Below the pieces are notes generated by a model. That model did no database searches. It was given only the letters and a program-made list of their open reading frames with translations, and was not told the origin of the DNA. Made by a program: the position numbers and the translations under genes. From Clostridia bacterium (GTDB lineage Bacteria > Bacillota > Clostridia > Christensenellales > CAG-138), in NCBI GenBank assembly GCA_030527115.1, contig JAUNBM010000003.1:5837-69836 (forward strand): DNA of 64,000 nucleotides, in the 5' to 3' direction. This document shows positions 54,905 to 64,000 of this stretch, in pieces; positions within the stretch are counted from its first letter, which is position 1, and each line of letters starts with the position of its first letter.

Positions 54905-57358
54905 TTGATTGGAGACTCGGCAAGAAGAATATTGAGCTTTGTGGTAGTCGTGCTTTTCACGATAGCTTTATTGTTGCCGTTTGGACTTGCAACTTCGGAT
55001 GCGTTGGCTGAGACCGCTCAGCTCCCTGAAGTCGCGGGCATGGATTCCGAGATAACGATGGAGCAACCGAGCGATGCTTCGTCCACCGAACCAAGCGCCG
55101 AGCCTACGGCAGAACCAAGTACCGAACCGTCCGAGAGCCCGCAACCGGGCGAATTTGAAATTGATACGACTAAGAAGATCGCGTTTGAACTGGGCTATAC
55201 TTTGAGCGACGGCACGGAGATATATGTGTCGCTGGGCGAGCTTACGCTTGCCGAGCTTGAGGCGCGAACTCCCGCCATTGAACACACCTATTCATATTTG
55301 AACGGAGGAAACGCGGAACAGGGCGTTGCCCCCACGGTTACCTATGTCACGGCAAAGGGCTATACTCTGCGCCAGCTCCTTGACAGCACGAATACGACGA
55401 TTGAAGACAGCCTTATCGGTAGCATAAGCTTTGGACAGGATAAGCTGGCAGGCTCGCTGTTCAGCTCCAAGAACAGCTATGTTGACCTGCACAAGAACCT
55501 GATGGTCGGGGACGACGGACAGCTCTACGCGGCGGATATGCAGGTTTTGTCGGTACCTGCGCTGTTTGCGATATACGAGAGTAGCGAGACCTATGCGCTG
55601 GAGGCGGAAACTCCGTCGGCCACGACGGCGAACGCGCAAAACGATACCTTCCACCTGCTCACAGGGCAGGAAAGCGCCACGCAAACGGGGGTATATTCGA
55701 GCCATCGCGATATCCGCACCCTTAGAATCACCTTGAAGGACACTCCGGTGCTTACGCTTCCGAGCGACGATTTCAACATGATAGTGAACGAGCGCAAGCA
55801 GGTTGACGTTGGAGTTTCGAGCGGAGTGCATCAGGGGCTGACGGACGCTTATATCAACCATGTGCTGAGCTGGCAAAGCTCGGACGAAAGCGTGGTGAGC
55901 GTCGCTTCCGGCGAGCTTACGGCGCACAAGGCGGGTACTGCGACGATTACGGCGACTGCCGGAGGAACGGCTTCGAGCTTCAACGTGACGGTTTTCGGAA
56001 CCTACGCCATAAGCTATAATTCCAACGTGAGCGGGATTGACGTGGCGGATATGCCCGCCATGCAGACGAAGATTCACGGCACGAACATACAGATTTCAGA
56101 CAAGATTCCAACGCGGGCGGACGGCTATGTTTTCGCGGGCTGGAACACGGCGGCTGACGGAAGCGGAACGAGCTATCAGCCCTCCGCCGTCTATTCGGAC
56201 AATGCGGATTTAAGCCTCTTTGCCCAATGGGAGACGGCGAAGATAACCATAACCTTTGATCCGAGCCTGCCTTCAGGGGTTACGGCTCAGCCAACCAACT
56301 GGCCCACCAACGTGAGCATAGCGCCGGGGAGCGAATTTACCTTCCCTGCGACCGATCCCGTGCTGTCCGGCTATGAGTTCCGCGGCTGGCAGTATACTAT
56401 CAACAAGGTTACCTATACGAAATACGCGGGCAATAAGGAGAGCGGTTTTACCGAGGACGTAACGGTGAGTGCGCTTTGGATTGAGAAGGAGGCGGTTCAG
56501 TATACCGTAACGCTCAAGGCGAACGGCGGTATGTTTTTAATCACCTCAACGACTACGGGCGATTCCACGCATACGCTGACCGTAAACGCCGGAACCCAAA
56601 TCCGCCTCAGCAACTATAACTGCAAAAAGAGCGGAAGCTATCCTACGAACTGGAAGGGCAGCGACGGTAAAACCTATTCAAACTCCGTGTATATCACGAT
56701 AAATTCCAACATGACGTTTACGGCTCAGTGGACGACAACGACGACCACGACGAAGTATACGATAACCTATAACGGCAATGCGGACGGAGTTACCAATGTT
56801 CCGGGCAAGCAAACCAAGAGCAAGGGCGCATCGCTCACGATATCCTCGCAGGTGCCGGTTCGGAGCGGCTACACCTTTGCCGGGTGGAATACCTCCAAGA
56901 CCGGAACGGGCACCTCGTATAAGGCGGGAACGGTATACCGCACCGACAGTAATCTAACGCTCTATGCCCAGTGGACGCAGGTGACGGCAAGCCCAACGCC
57001 TACGGCGACCCCAACGCCCACCCCCACGCCCACGCCAACCCCGACGCCGATACCGGACGCCGTTTTGGACGATGAGGCGGTGATCAATCCGATCGAGGTG
57101 AGCCTGAAGCCCGTCGTTTACTTCGGGAACGACGAGCCAACGCCGACCCCGCCGGAGGGGGAGGCAACTGCAATACCGACACTGCGACCCACCGCCGAGC
57201 CTACGCCTGAGCCGGAAAAGACGGCGGAGGAACTGGAAATCGAGGAGGCAGAGGAGGCGAAGCAACGCTCAACCTATGCCATCGTCGGAGTATCAAACGG
57301 AATCTTGCTGATCGCGGGAAGCTGTCTTGCGGTAGTCAAGTTTAACATACAGCTATAA
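54905..57358 (+). CDS. large surface protein: signal peptide, unassigned N-terminal module, Big_2-like domain, four Listeria-Bacteroides (Flg_new-type) repeats, Thr/Pro/Glu-rich spacer, C-terminal TM anchor
   Basis: - TTG start 8 nt after GGGAGGG; extended -10 TGCTATAAT at 54866-54874.
- VVSVASGELTAHKAGTATITATAGG (Big_2-like).
- Repeats with GYVFAGWNT, GYEFRGWQ, GYTFAGWNT cores ending (F/Y)AQW(E/T).
- ASPTPTATPTPTPTPTPTPTP spacer.
- TYAIVGVSNGILLIAGSCLAVVKF C-terminal helix. Confidence 0.8.
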   Translation: MIGDSARRILSFVVVVLFTIALLLPFGLATSDALAETAQLPEVAGMDSEITMEQPSDASSTEPSAEPTAEPSTEPSESPQPGEFEIDTTKKIAFELGYTLSDGTEIYVSLGELTLAELEARTPAIEHTYSYLNGGNAEQGVAPTVTYVTAKGYTLRQLLDSTNTTIEDSLIGSISFGQDKLAGSLFSSKNSYVDLHKNLMVGDDGQLYAADMQVLSVPALFAIYESSETYALEAETPSATTANAQNDTFHLLTGQESATQTGVYSSHRDIRTLRITLKDTPVLTLPSDDFNMIVNERKQVDVGVSSGVHQGLTDAYINHVLSWQSSDESVVSVASGELTAHKAGTATITATAGGTASSFNVTVFGTYAISYNSNVSGIDVADMPAMQTKIHGTNIQISDKIPTRADGYVFAGWNTAADGSGTSYQPSAVYSDNADLSLFAQWETAKITITFDPSLPSGVTAQPTNWPTNVSIAPGSEFTFPATDPVLSGYEFRGWQYTINKVTYTKYAGNKESGFTEDVTVSALWIEKEAVQYTVTLKANGGMFLITSTTTGDSTHTLTVNAGTQIRLSNYNCKKSGSYPTNWKGSDGKTYSNSVYITINSNMTFTAQWTTTTTTTKYTITYNGNADGVTNVPGKQTKSKGASLTISSQVPVRSGYTFAGWNTSKTGTGTSYKAGTVYRTDSNLTLYAQWTQVTASPTPTATPTPTPTPTPTPTPIPDAVLDDEAVINPIEVSLKPVVYFGNDEPTPTPPEGEATAIPTLRPTAEPTPEPEKTAEELEIEEAEEAKQRSTYAIVGVSNGILLIAGSCLAVVKFNIQL

Positions 57359-57374
57359 TATAAGGAGTTAGTAT

Positions 57375-58043
57375 ATGCTATTATCGAGTGTTCCCATTGC
57401 AACAGGCGCGGAGGGCGCTGTGGAGTCCGGTAATTTTTTGACAGACGTTATGCGCACGATTGCCGAGGCAATGCGCTATCCGGTAATCATCATCTTGATT
57501 CTGATGTTTGCCTGCGTCGTCGTATTCATAGGCTGGCTGATCGCGGAATATTTCACCGAGCGCCGGCATCTCAACGTCAAGCTTCCCCAGCTTTTGGACA
57601 GGCTCAAGGAGGGTTACGACCCGATAGAGGTTTGCATTGAGGAGAGCGGGCTTCTAAAGAGGCAAAAAGCGGCGCTGTTCGAGCTGACAATGCACCCGAA
57701 TTTTACCCCCGATATGCGGGAGGCGCTTGCGATACGGCTGATTACCGAGGAACAGGTGCGGTATGACAAGATAGTGCGCTTCAGCGACCTGATTGTGAAG
57801 CTTGGCCCGGTATTCGGACTTTTGGGAACCTTGATTCCGCTCGGCCCCGGAATAATCGCTCTGGGACAGGGCGATACCGCCTTGCTTTCATCGTCGATGC
57901 TCATAGCCTTTGACACAACCATCATAGGACTAATCTGTTCGGGACTGGCGCTCATGATTTCGTCGATTCGCAAGAGCTGGTACAGGAACTATATGTCCCT
58001 GCTCGAAACGGTAATGGAAGTCGTGCTTGAGTTGGAGAAGTAG
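57375..58043 (+). CDS. MotA/TolQ/ExbB-family proton-channel protein
   Basis: AAGGAG RBS, 16 nt after the upstream stop. Three TM helices. LGPVFGLLGTLIPLGPGIIAL and LIAFDTTIIGLICSGLALMISS match the ExbB/TolQ TM2-TM3 signature. Confidence 0.85.
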   Translation: MLLSSVPIATGAEGAVESGNFLTDVMRTIAEAMRYPVIIILILMFACVVVFIGWLIAEYFTERRHLNVKLPQLLDRLKEGYDPIEVCIEESGLLKRQKAALFELTMHPNFTPDMREALAIRLITEEQVRYDKIVRFSDLIVKLGPVFGLLGTLIPLGPGIIALGQGDTALLSSSMLIAFDTTIIGLICSGLALMISSIRKSWYRNYMSLLETVMEVVLELEK

Positions 58044-58044
58044 G

Positions 58045-58347
58045 ATGAAGCTGAATCTTGGTAATAAGAAGATATTTTCCCGCCCGCGTTCGGACGAGGA
58101 GCCAAACCCGATGGAGGGAGTTGCGAACATGGCGGACGCTATGCTCGTGCTGGCGGTTGGAATCATGCTTGCGCTTATCATAAACTGGGAGGTCGATTTA
58201 ACGAGCCCCTCCCAGACGCAAACCCCCATCGTCAATCCCACCGACGGCTATCTTGAGCCGAGCGAGGAGGGGGAGCCCATCGGCATCGTCTATGAGCGCT
58301 CCGACGGAACCCGTTACTATGTGGTGGACGAAACTCCCGCGCCCTAA
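58045..58347 (+). CDS. ExbD/TolR-like single-pass protein (DUF2149-type)
   Basis: ATG lies 1 nt after the upstream stop. NPMEGVANMADAMLVLAVGIMLALIINWEVDL compares with E. coli ExbD NVTPFIDVMLVLLIIFMV and TolR IVPLLDVLLVLLLIFMA. The Asp at the start of the helix is retained. Short Pro/Glu-rich C-terminus. Confidence 0.7.
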   Translation: MKLNLGNKKIFSRPRSDEEPNPMEGVANMADAMLVLAVGIMLALIINWEVDLTSPSQTQTPIVNPTDGYLEPSEEGEPIGIVYERSDGTRYYVVDETPAP

Positions 58348-58446
58348 GTCAATCCGTGCGCGGCGCTGACTTTGGCATATGAAGCCCTGCAAAAATGCAA
58401 CCCAAAGGGGAGACGCGCCCCAAAGCTAAAAAAATATCATAAGTTC

Positions 58447-58477
58447 GACCGCCGTATGATTTCGGCGGTCTATTTAT
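58447..58477. terminator. terminator between the convergent ExbD-like gene and the 83-aa gene
   Basis: GACCGCCG-TATGATTT-CGGCGGTC followed by TATTTAT. Confidence 0.55.
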
Positions 58478-58497
58478 CGTCCGGCTGAAAGTTGCTT

Positions 58498-58749
58498 TTA
58501 GCCCTTCAAGCCCCGCGACTGTCTGTCCATATCCTCCACCACGATATCGAAGATCTCGCCGAGCGTGGAGCAGTATTTCAAAACGTCCCACGGTTCGTTG
58601 GTGTGATAATGAATCTTTATCAGGGTTTCGTCCCCAACGGCGAGCAAACAGTCGCCCTTAATGTTTTTTTCGATATAATCGTAGATTGCGTCCTCGTCGA
58701 GAGCGCCGCCCTCGATTAACAGCTGGGTATCGTATTTGAATTCTTGCAT
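58498..58749 (-). CDS. 83-aa protein homologous to the middle domain of YloV (DAK2 fusion protein)
   Basis: YDTQLLIEGG...GDCLLAVGDETLIKIHYHTNEPWDVLKYCSTLGEIFDIVVEDMDRQ aligns with YloV GYCTEFFIVRL...GDSVVVASDADMVKVHVHSDCPGKILQMAMRYGELDRLKIENMREQ in this same window. Confidence 0.6.
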   Translation of the reverse strand: MQEFKYDTQLLIEGGALDEDAIYDYIEKNIKGDCLLAVGDETLIKIHYHTNEPWDVLKYCSTLGEIFDIVVEDMDRQSRGLKG

Positions 58750-58918
58750 CTTAAATCCCTTTCTGAGCTTTTTTACAGTATAGCACAGTATTGCGTTAGT
58801 TGCAACAAACCTGATGCCGCGCTTGCGTTCGGCAGGGGAGTTTATTGGGCGATTTTTGCGAATTATGCAGGTTTCGGACTTTCCGCTATGAGTTCACAAC
58901 TTCGTTGCATTTTAGGGG

Positions 58919-58947
58919 TTGAAAAACCAAAAAAAGGGTATTATAAT
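58919..58947 (+). promoter_or_regulatory. sigma-A promoter of groES-groEL
   Basis: TTGAAA, 17 nt, TATAAT. Confidence 0.7.
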
Positions 58948-58958
58948 CGTGATGAAAG

Positions 58959-58985
58959 TTAGCACTCAACGTCTTTGAGTGCTAA
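58959..58985 (+). promoter_or_regulatory. CIRCE operator
   Basis: TTAGCACTC-AACGTCTTT-GAGTGCTAA is a perfect consensus match. Confidence 0.95.
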
Positions 58986-59018
58986 AATCAGGATTAAACA
59001 AAAACTAGGAGGCAAAAT

Positions 59019-60957
<1,939 letters not shown>

Positions 60958-61033
60958 ACCCGGATAACTCGATATAGGCAAACGGGAGGGCGGGCGCATC
61001 CGATGGTGCATCCGCCCCCCTCTTATTTGGAAA

Positions 61034-61070
61034 GGAAAAAAAGAGGGACGTCGGTTAAATGACGTCCCTC
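61034..61070 (-). terminator. intrinsic terminator of the minus-strand membrane-protein gene
   Basis: GAGGGACGTC-N8-GACGTCCCTC. On the minus strand it is followed by TTTTTTT. Confidence 0.75.
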
Positions 61071-61089
61071 GTATTTGAAAGTAATGGGA

Positions 61090-61755
61090 TTAGCGGCCGA
61101 CCTTTTTCAAAAGAGCCTGGACGGCGGGAATGCGAAGGGCGATGCCGGCAAGAGCCAGAATCAGCTCAAGAATCATCGCAAAGCTGATACGAACCGTATA
61201 TGCGCTTGCGGCTATGGAGCCCAGCCCCCAGTCGCTGAATTCATCCACAAGAGCGGATACGCCGGCGTTCAGAGAAATCAGCGAAATCACAACGAAGATG
61301 AACATAACCACGACCGACGCGCAGGCGATCATAAAGAAGAATGGAGCTTCAAACTTGCCTATGGGCAACTTGTTACGCAGGATCAGCTTGAGGATGGTAA
61401 GCACAAAGCCCGCAATAGCGATGAGAGTAAAGATCCAGACCATCACAAGCAGGAAGACGGTGCCTCCGCCAAGCCATCTGAGGCTGGACAGGCCGTTGAA
61501 GAAGCCTATCCCGGATATGTAACGGGTGCAGAGGAGCAGGATGAACATCAAACCCGAGATGCCGAGCATAATCCATTGGTTGAGCTTGAACATACCGGCG
61601 ATGCCACCGAGCTGAACCGACGGCTGAGGAGCGGCGCTACGACGGGGCGCCTGTTGAGCAGTTGCCTGCATTTTCGCTCCGCAATTGGGGCAAAAAGCAT
61701 CAGCGGTAGAGCACCGGGTGCCGCAATTCGTACAAAACTGTTGTTGCTGTTCCAT
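61090..61755 (-). CDS. zinc-ribbon multi-pass membrane protein
   Basis: ATG 61755 follows GGGAGGT. MEQQQQFCTNCGTRCSTADAFCPNCGAKM, then ~5 TM helices. Confidence 0.7.
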   Translation of the reverse strand: MEQQQQFCTNCGTRCSTADAFCPNCGAKMQATAQQAPRRSAAPQPSVQLGGIAGMFKLNQWIMLGISGLMFILLLCTRYISGIGFFNGLSSLRWLGGGTVFLLVMVWIFTLIAIAGFVLTILKLILRNKLPIGKFEAPFFFMIACASVVVMFIFVVISLISLNAGVSALVDEFSDWGLGSIAASAYTVRISFAMILELILALAGIALRIPAVQALLKKVGR

Positions 61756-61783
61756 TTTAATACCTCCCTTAAATTCTACATCC

Positions 61784-61812
61784 ATAATACAGGAAAAATG
61801 CCCCTATGTCAA
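61784..61812 (-). promoter_or_regulatory. sigma-A promoter (minus strand)
   Basis: Minus strand reads TTGACA, 17 nt, TATTAT. Confidence 0.65.
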
Positions 61813-61858
61813 TGCAAAATATATAATAAAATGTTGAGGAGGCGGGTGGATGCAACTT

Positions 61859-61890
61859 AAAAAAGCGCCGCCCGAGGGGAGGGGCGGCGC
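61859..61890 (-). terminator. intrinsic terminator of the HtrA-like gene
   Basis: GCGCCGCCC...GGGCGGCGC. On the minus strand it is followed by TTTTTT. Confidence 0.75.
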
Positions 61891-61983
61891 TTTCCCGCAG
61901 CGGACGGAAGGGGGAATCCGCGGCGGGGTTCCGATAAACGGAACGATGAGGGGGGTATCAATAAACACGAACTCAGTTCATGG

Positions 61984-63195
61984 TTATTGCGGGATATACT
62001 CGCCGAAGGTCACGGTGACGGTAAACTGTGAGCCGTCCCGCTGTATTGTTAGGGTTGCCTGATCGCCCGCATTATATGCGTTGATGGCGGCGGAAAGGTC
62101 AGAATTAGAGCTTATTTGAGTGGAATCGACGGCAAGGATCAAATCGCCCACTTCGATTCCGGCGGCTTCGGCGGCGCCGCCCTCAACGATATCGGAGACC
62201 TGCACGCAGTTGGTGGCGCTACCGCCATAGAACATTCCGTAGTTGCGATTCTGTACCGTAACGTTTTGGGTATATACTCCGAGATAAGCCCTGCCGCTGA
62301 CATAACCCTGGGAGATCAAATCGTTTATTTCCGAGATGACGTTGTTCACGGGGATGGCGAAGCCCAAGCCCTCCGCGTCCTCGTCGCTCACCTTAGCGTT
62401 AACTATGCCGATAAGATGGCCGTTGCTGTCAAAGAGCCCGCCGCCGGAATTGCCGGGGCTGATGGCGGCGTCGGTTTGTACCAGCTCCATCTCAACGTCC
62501 TCCACGGTAATGTTCCGGTTGACAGCCGAGATTATTCCGCTGGTTGCGGTGCCGCGAAGCTCGCCGAGTGGATTGCCGATGGCAATAACATCCTCGCCAA
62601 CGGTCAGCATATCGGAATCGCCAATGGTTGCGGGCTGGAGGTTTTCGGCTTCAATCTTGATGATTGCGAGATCGTTTCTCGCATCGGTTCCAATAATCGT
62701 GGCGGGGTAAACGGAATCGTCGTTGAGAGTAACGGTTACGGTGGTCGCGCCGTCAACGACATGGGCGCAGGTGGCTATATAGCCGTCTGTGGTCAAAATA
62801 ACCCCGCTTCCGGAACCTGTGGTTTCATAACTGCCGTAGTAGAAGTAGCTTCCGCTCGTCATAGTCACGTCGATACCGACAACCGAGGGGGCGCACATCT
62901 CAACGATCTGGGCGCGGGTGTAGCCTTCGGTCACCATCGAGGTATAGTTTGTGCTTCCGTCGCTGACGGTCAGGGTGGAAACCGGCGTCTCGGTTTGCGG
63001 CGCTTCGGTAGCAGAGTCGGATGCCTCCGTTGCGGGCGTTGCGGTTGCGATTCCTTCGACAACGGAGGGCGAATCTTCACCAGTGGTCAGAATAAGCCCC
63101 ACAGCTACGCCTATGAGGGCTACGAGCAAAACACAGCAAATAAATACCGGTAATGCGACTGAGGTTTTTTGTTTTCCGTTTTCGTAGTAATACAT
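61984..63195 (-). CDS. htrA: HtrA/DegP-family serine protease with N-terminal TM anchor and C-terminal PDZ domain
   Basis: ATG 63195 follows AAAGGAG. TCAHVV (His), NDLAIIK (Asp), GNSGGGLFD (Ser), then a PDZ domain (GDLILAVD). Confidence 0.88.
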   Translation of the reverse strand: MYYYENGKQKTSVALPVFICCVLLVALIGVAVGLILTTGEDSPSVVEGIATATPATEASDSATEAPQTETPVSTLTVSDGSTNYTSMVTEGYTRAQIVEMCAPSVVGIDVTMTSGSYFYYGSYETTGSGSGVILTTDGYIATCAHVVDGATTVTVTLNDDSVYPATIIGTDARNDLAIIKIEAENLQPATIGDSDMLTVGEDVIAIGNPLGELRGTATSGIISAVNRNITVEDVEMELVQTDAAISPGNSGGGLFDSNGHLIGIVNAKVSDEDAEGLGFAIPVNNVISEINDLISQGYVSGRAYLGVYTQNVTVQNRNYGMFYGGSATNCVQVSDIVEGGAAEAAGIEVGDLILAVDSTQISSNSDLSAAINAYNAGDQATLTIQRDGSQFTVTVTFGEYIPQ

Positions 63196-63296
63196 AATCT
63201 CATCTCCTTTACAAGCAGTAGTATAGACAGAGAATTTGAACGGCAAAGGGATGAATTGTGGAAAAAATAAGGCAGTTCTTTAAGTTTTAGGGCGGA

Positions 63297-63325
63297 TTGA
63301 CTTAATGATTAAAATAGTCTAAAAT
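63297..63325 (+). promoter_or_regulatory. sigma-A promoter
   Basis: TTGACT, 17 nt, TAAAAT. Confidence 0.6.
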
Positions 63326-63350
63326 GAGGAATCAACGTCAAGGAGAAGCT

Positions 63351-64000
63351 ATGAAGAATAAAACCCTGTCGGTCGTTATTTCATATGCGATCAAGATTCT
63401 AAAGGGCGCTCTGATCGGGCTCGCAGTTTTGATTCCCGGCGTCAGCGGAGGCTCTATGGTAATGTCCATGGGCATCTATGAGCAGGCGCTCTGCCTCACG
63501 TCGCGGGACAAGTCGTTGCGCAGGGGCGCATTAAAGGCGCTTTGGCCCTATATCCTCGGACTGGTTGTTGGGGTGTTGGGACTGGCCTTCGTCATCTCGT
63601 TCTGCCTCGAGCGGTTTCCCTTTGAAACGATAATGGCCTTTGTCGGCCTTATATTGGGCAGTCTGCCGATGCTTATCGGCAAGGTAAAGAGAGAGAAATT
63701 CAAGCCGCTGAACCTTCTGCTTTTGCTCCTGATGGTGGCAATCATGATTGCGCTTCCAAACCTCTCCTCAAGCTCTACAACCCCCTATTCGCTCGTGGAA
63801 AACGTTTCCGACTTAAAGGCGGGCGATTACATCGCCGTTAATCCCGAACAGTTGCCGGACGAGGACGGAAAGATAGCCCTCAACAATGAGACGGAGACGG
63901 TATATAAGCTCAAGCTGGAGGAGGAACGGCTGATGCTTGAGCTGGACGATGAATACGTCTTTTCGCTTGAGGAGGTCGCGGGCGAAACGATATACCGCGC
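63351..64000 (+). CDS. DUF368-family membrane protein, N-terminal 216 codons (runs off the right edge)
   Basis: My translation gives MKNKTLSVVISYAIKILKGALIGLAVLIPGVSGGSMVMSMGIYEQAL (the IPGVSGG motif of DUF368). The frame stays open to position 64000. It is absent from the ORF track because it has no stop. Confidence 0.7.
   Translation, partial: MKNKTLSVVISYAIKILKGALIGLAVLIPGVSGGSMVMSMGIYEQALCLTSRDKSLRRGALKALWPYILGLVVGVLGLAFVISFCLERFPFETIMAFVGLILGSLPMLIGKVKREKFKPLNLLLLLLMVAIMIALPNLSSSSTTPYSLVENVSDLKAGDYIAVNPEQLPDEDGKIALNNETETVYKLKLEEERLMLELDDEYVFSLEEVAGETIYR

Noticed and set aside
57375-58347. The MotA-like and small-TM-protein pair read as a Zorya-type defence system or a flagellar stator.
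   Set aside because: - The channel protein is ExbB/TolQ-sized (222 aa, 3 TM). It lacks the long ZorA tail and the 4-TM MotA layout.
- The partner has no OmpA/peptidoglycan-binding domain.
- No ZorC/ZorD-like or flagellar genes are adjacent.

Overview
This is a GC-rich chromosomal segment with gene order typical of Firmicutes/Clostridia. I found no rRNA, CRISPR array, transposase, integrase or prophage gene. About 60 coding genes are supported, plus two tRNAs (Gly-GCC and Lys-CUU). Most of the window is conserved housekeeping:
- thiI and a cysteine desulfurase
- xseA-xseB-ispA-dxs-tlyA-nadK-argR-recN
- rpsT
- asp23-yloV-recG
- pstSCAB-phoU-phoPR, preceded by Pho-box-like repeats
- lepA-hemW-(lipoprotein)-hrcA-grpE-dnaK-dnaJ and groES-groEL, each behind a perfect CIRCE operator
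- an amino-sugar block, nagB-glmM-(GlmU-C-like acetyltransferase)-glmS

Several lineage-specific loci sit within this backbone.
1. **54905-58347:** a three-gene operon encoding an 817-aa wall-spanning surface protein, a MotA/TolQ/ExbB-type channel and a small ExbD/TolR-like (DUF2149-type) protein that keeps the motor aspartate. This looks like an ion-driven motor without its usual outer-membrane context. It is my best candidate for an undescribed system.
2. **11511-13040:** a class B sortase carrying a signal peptide and two tandem dockerin modules.
3. **51229-54471:** a 1081-aa 5'-nucleotidase with a cohesin-like module, FIVAR-like repeats and a proline-less LKKTG sorting signal.
4. **44869-46068:** an orphan beta-class DNA methyltransferase that abuts dnaJ with no intergenic base.
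5. **Smaller items:** a catalytically degenerate NagB paralog, a GNAT fused to a cysteine-rich small domain, and a stand-alone copy of the YloV middle domain.

Many long ORFs in the six-frame track are antisense shadow ORFs of GC-rich genes, and I rejected them. All functional calls come from reading motifs by eye. No database search was run.
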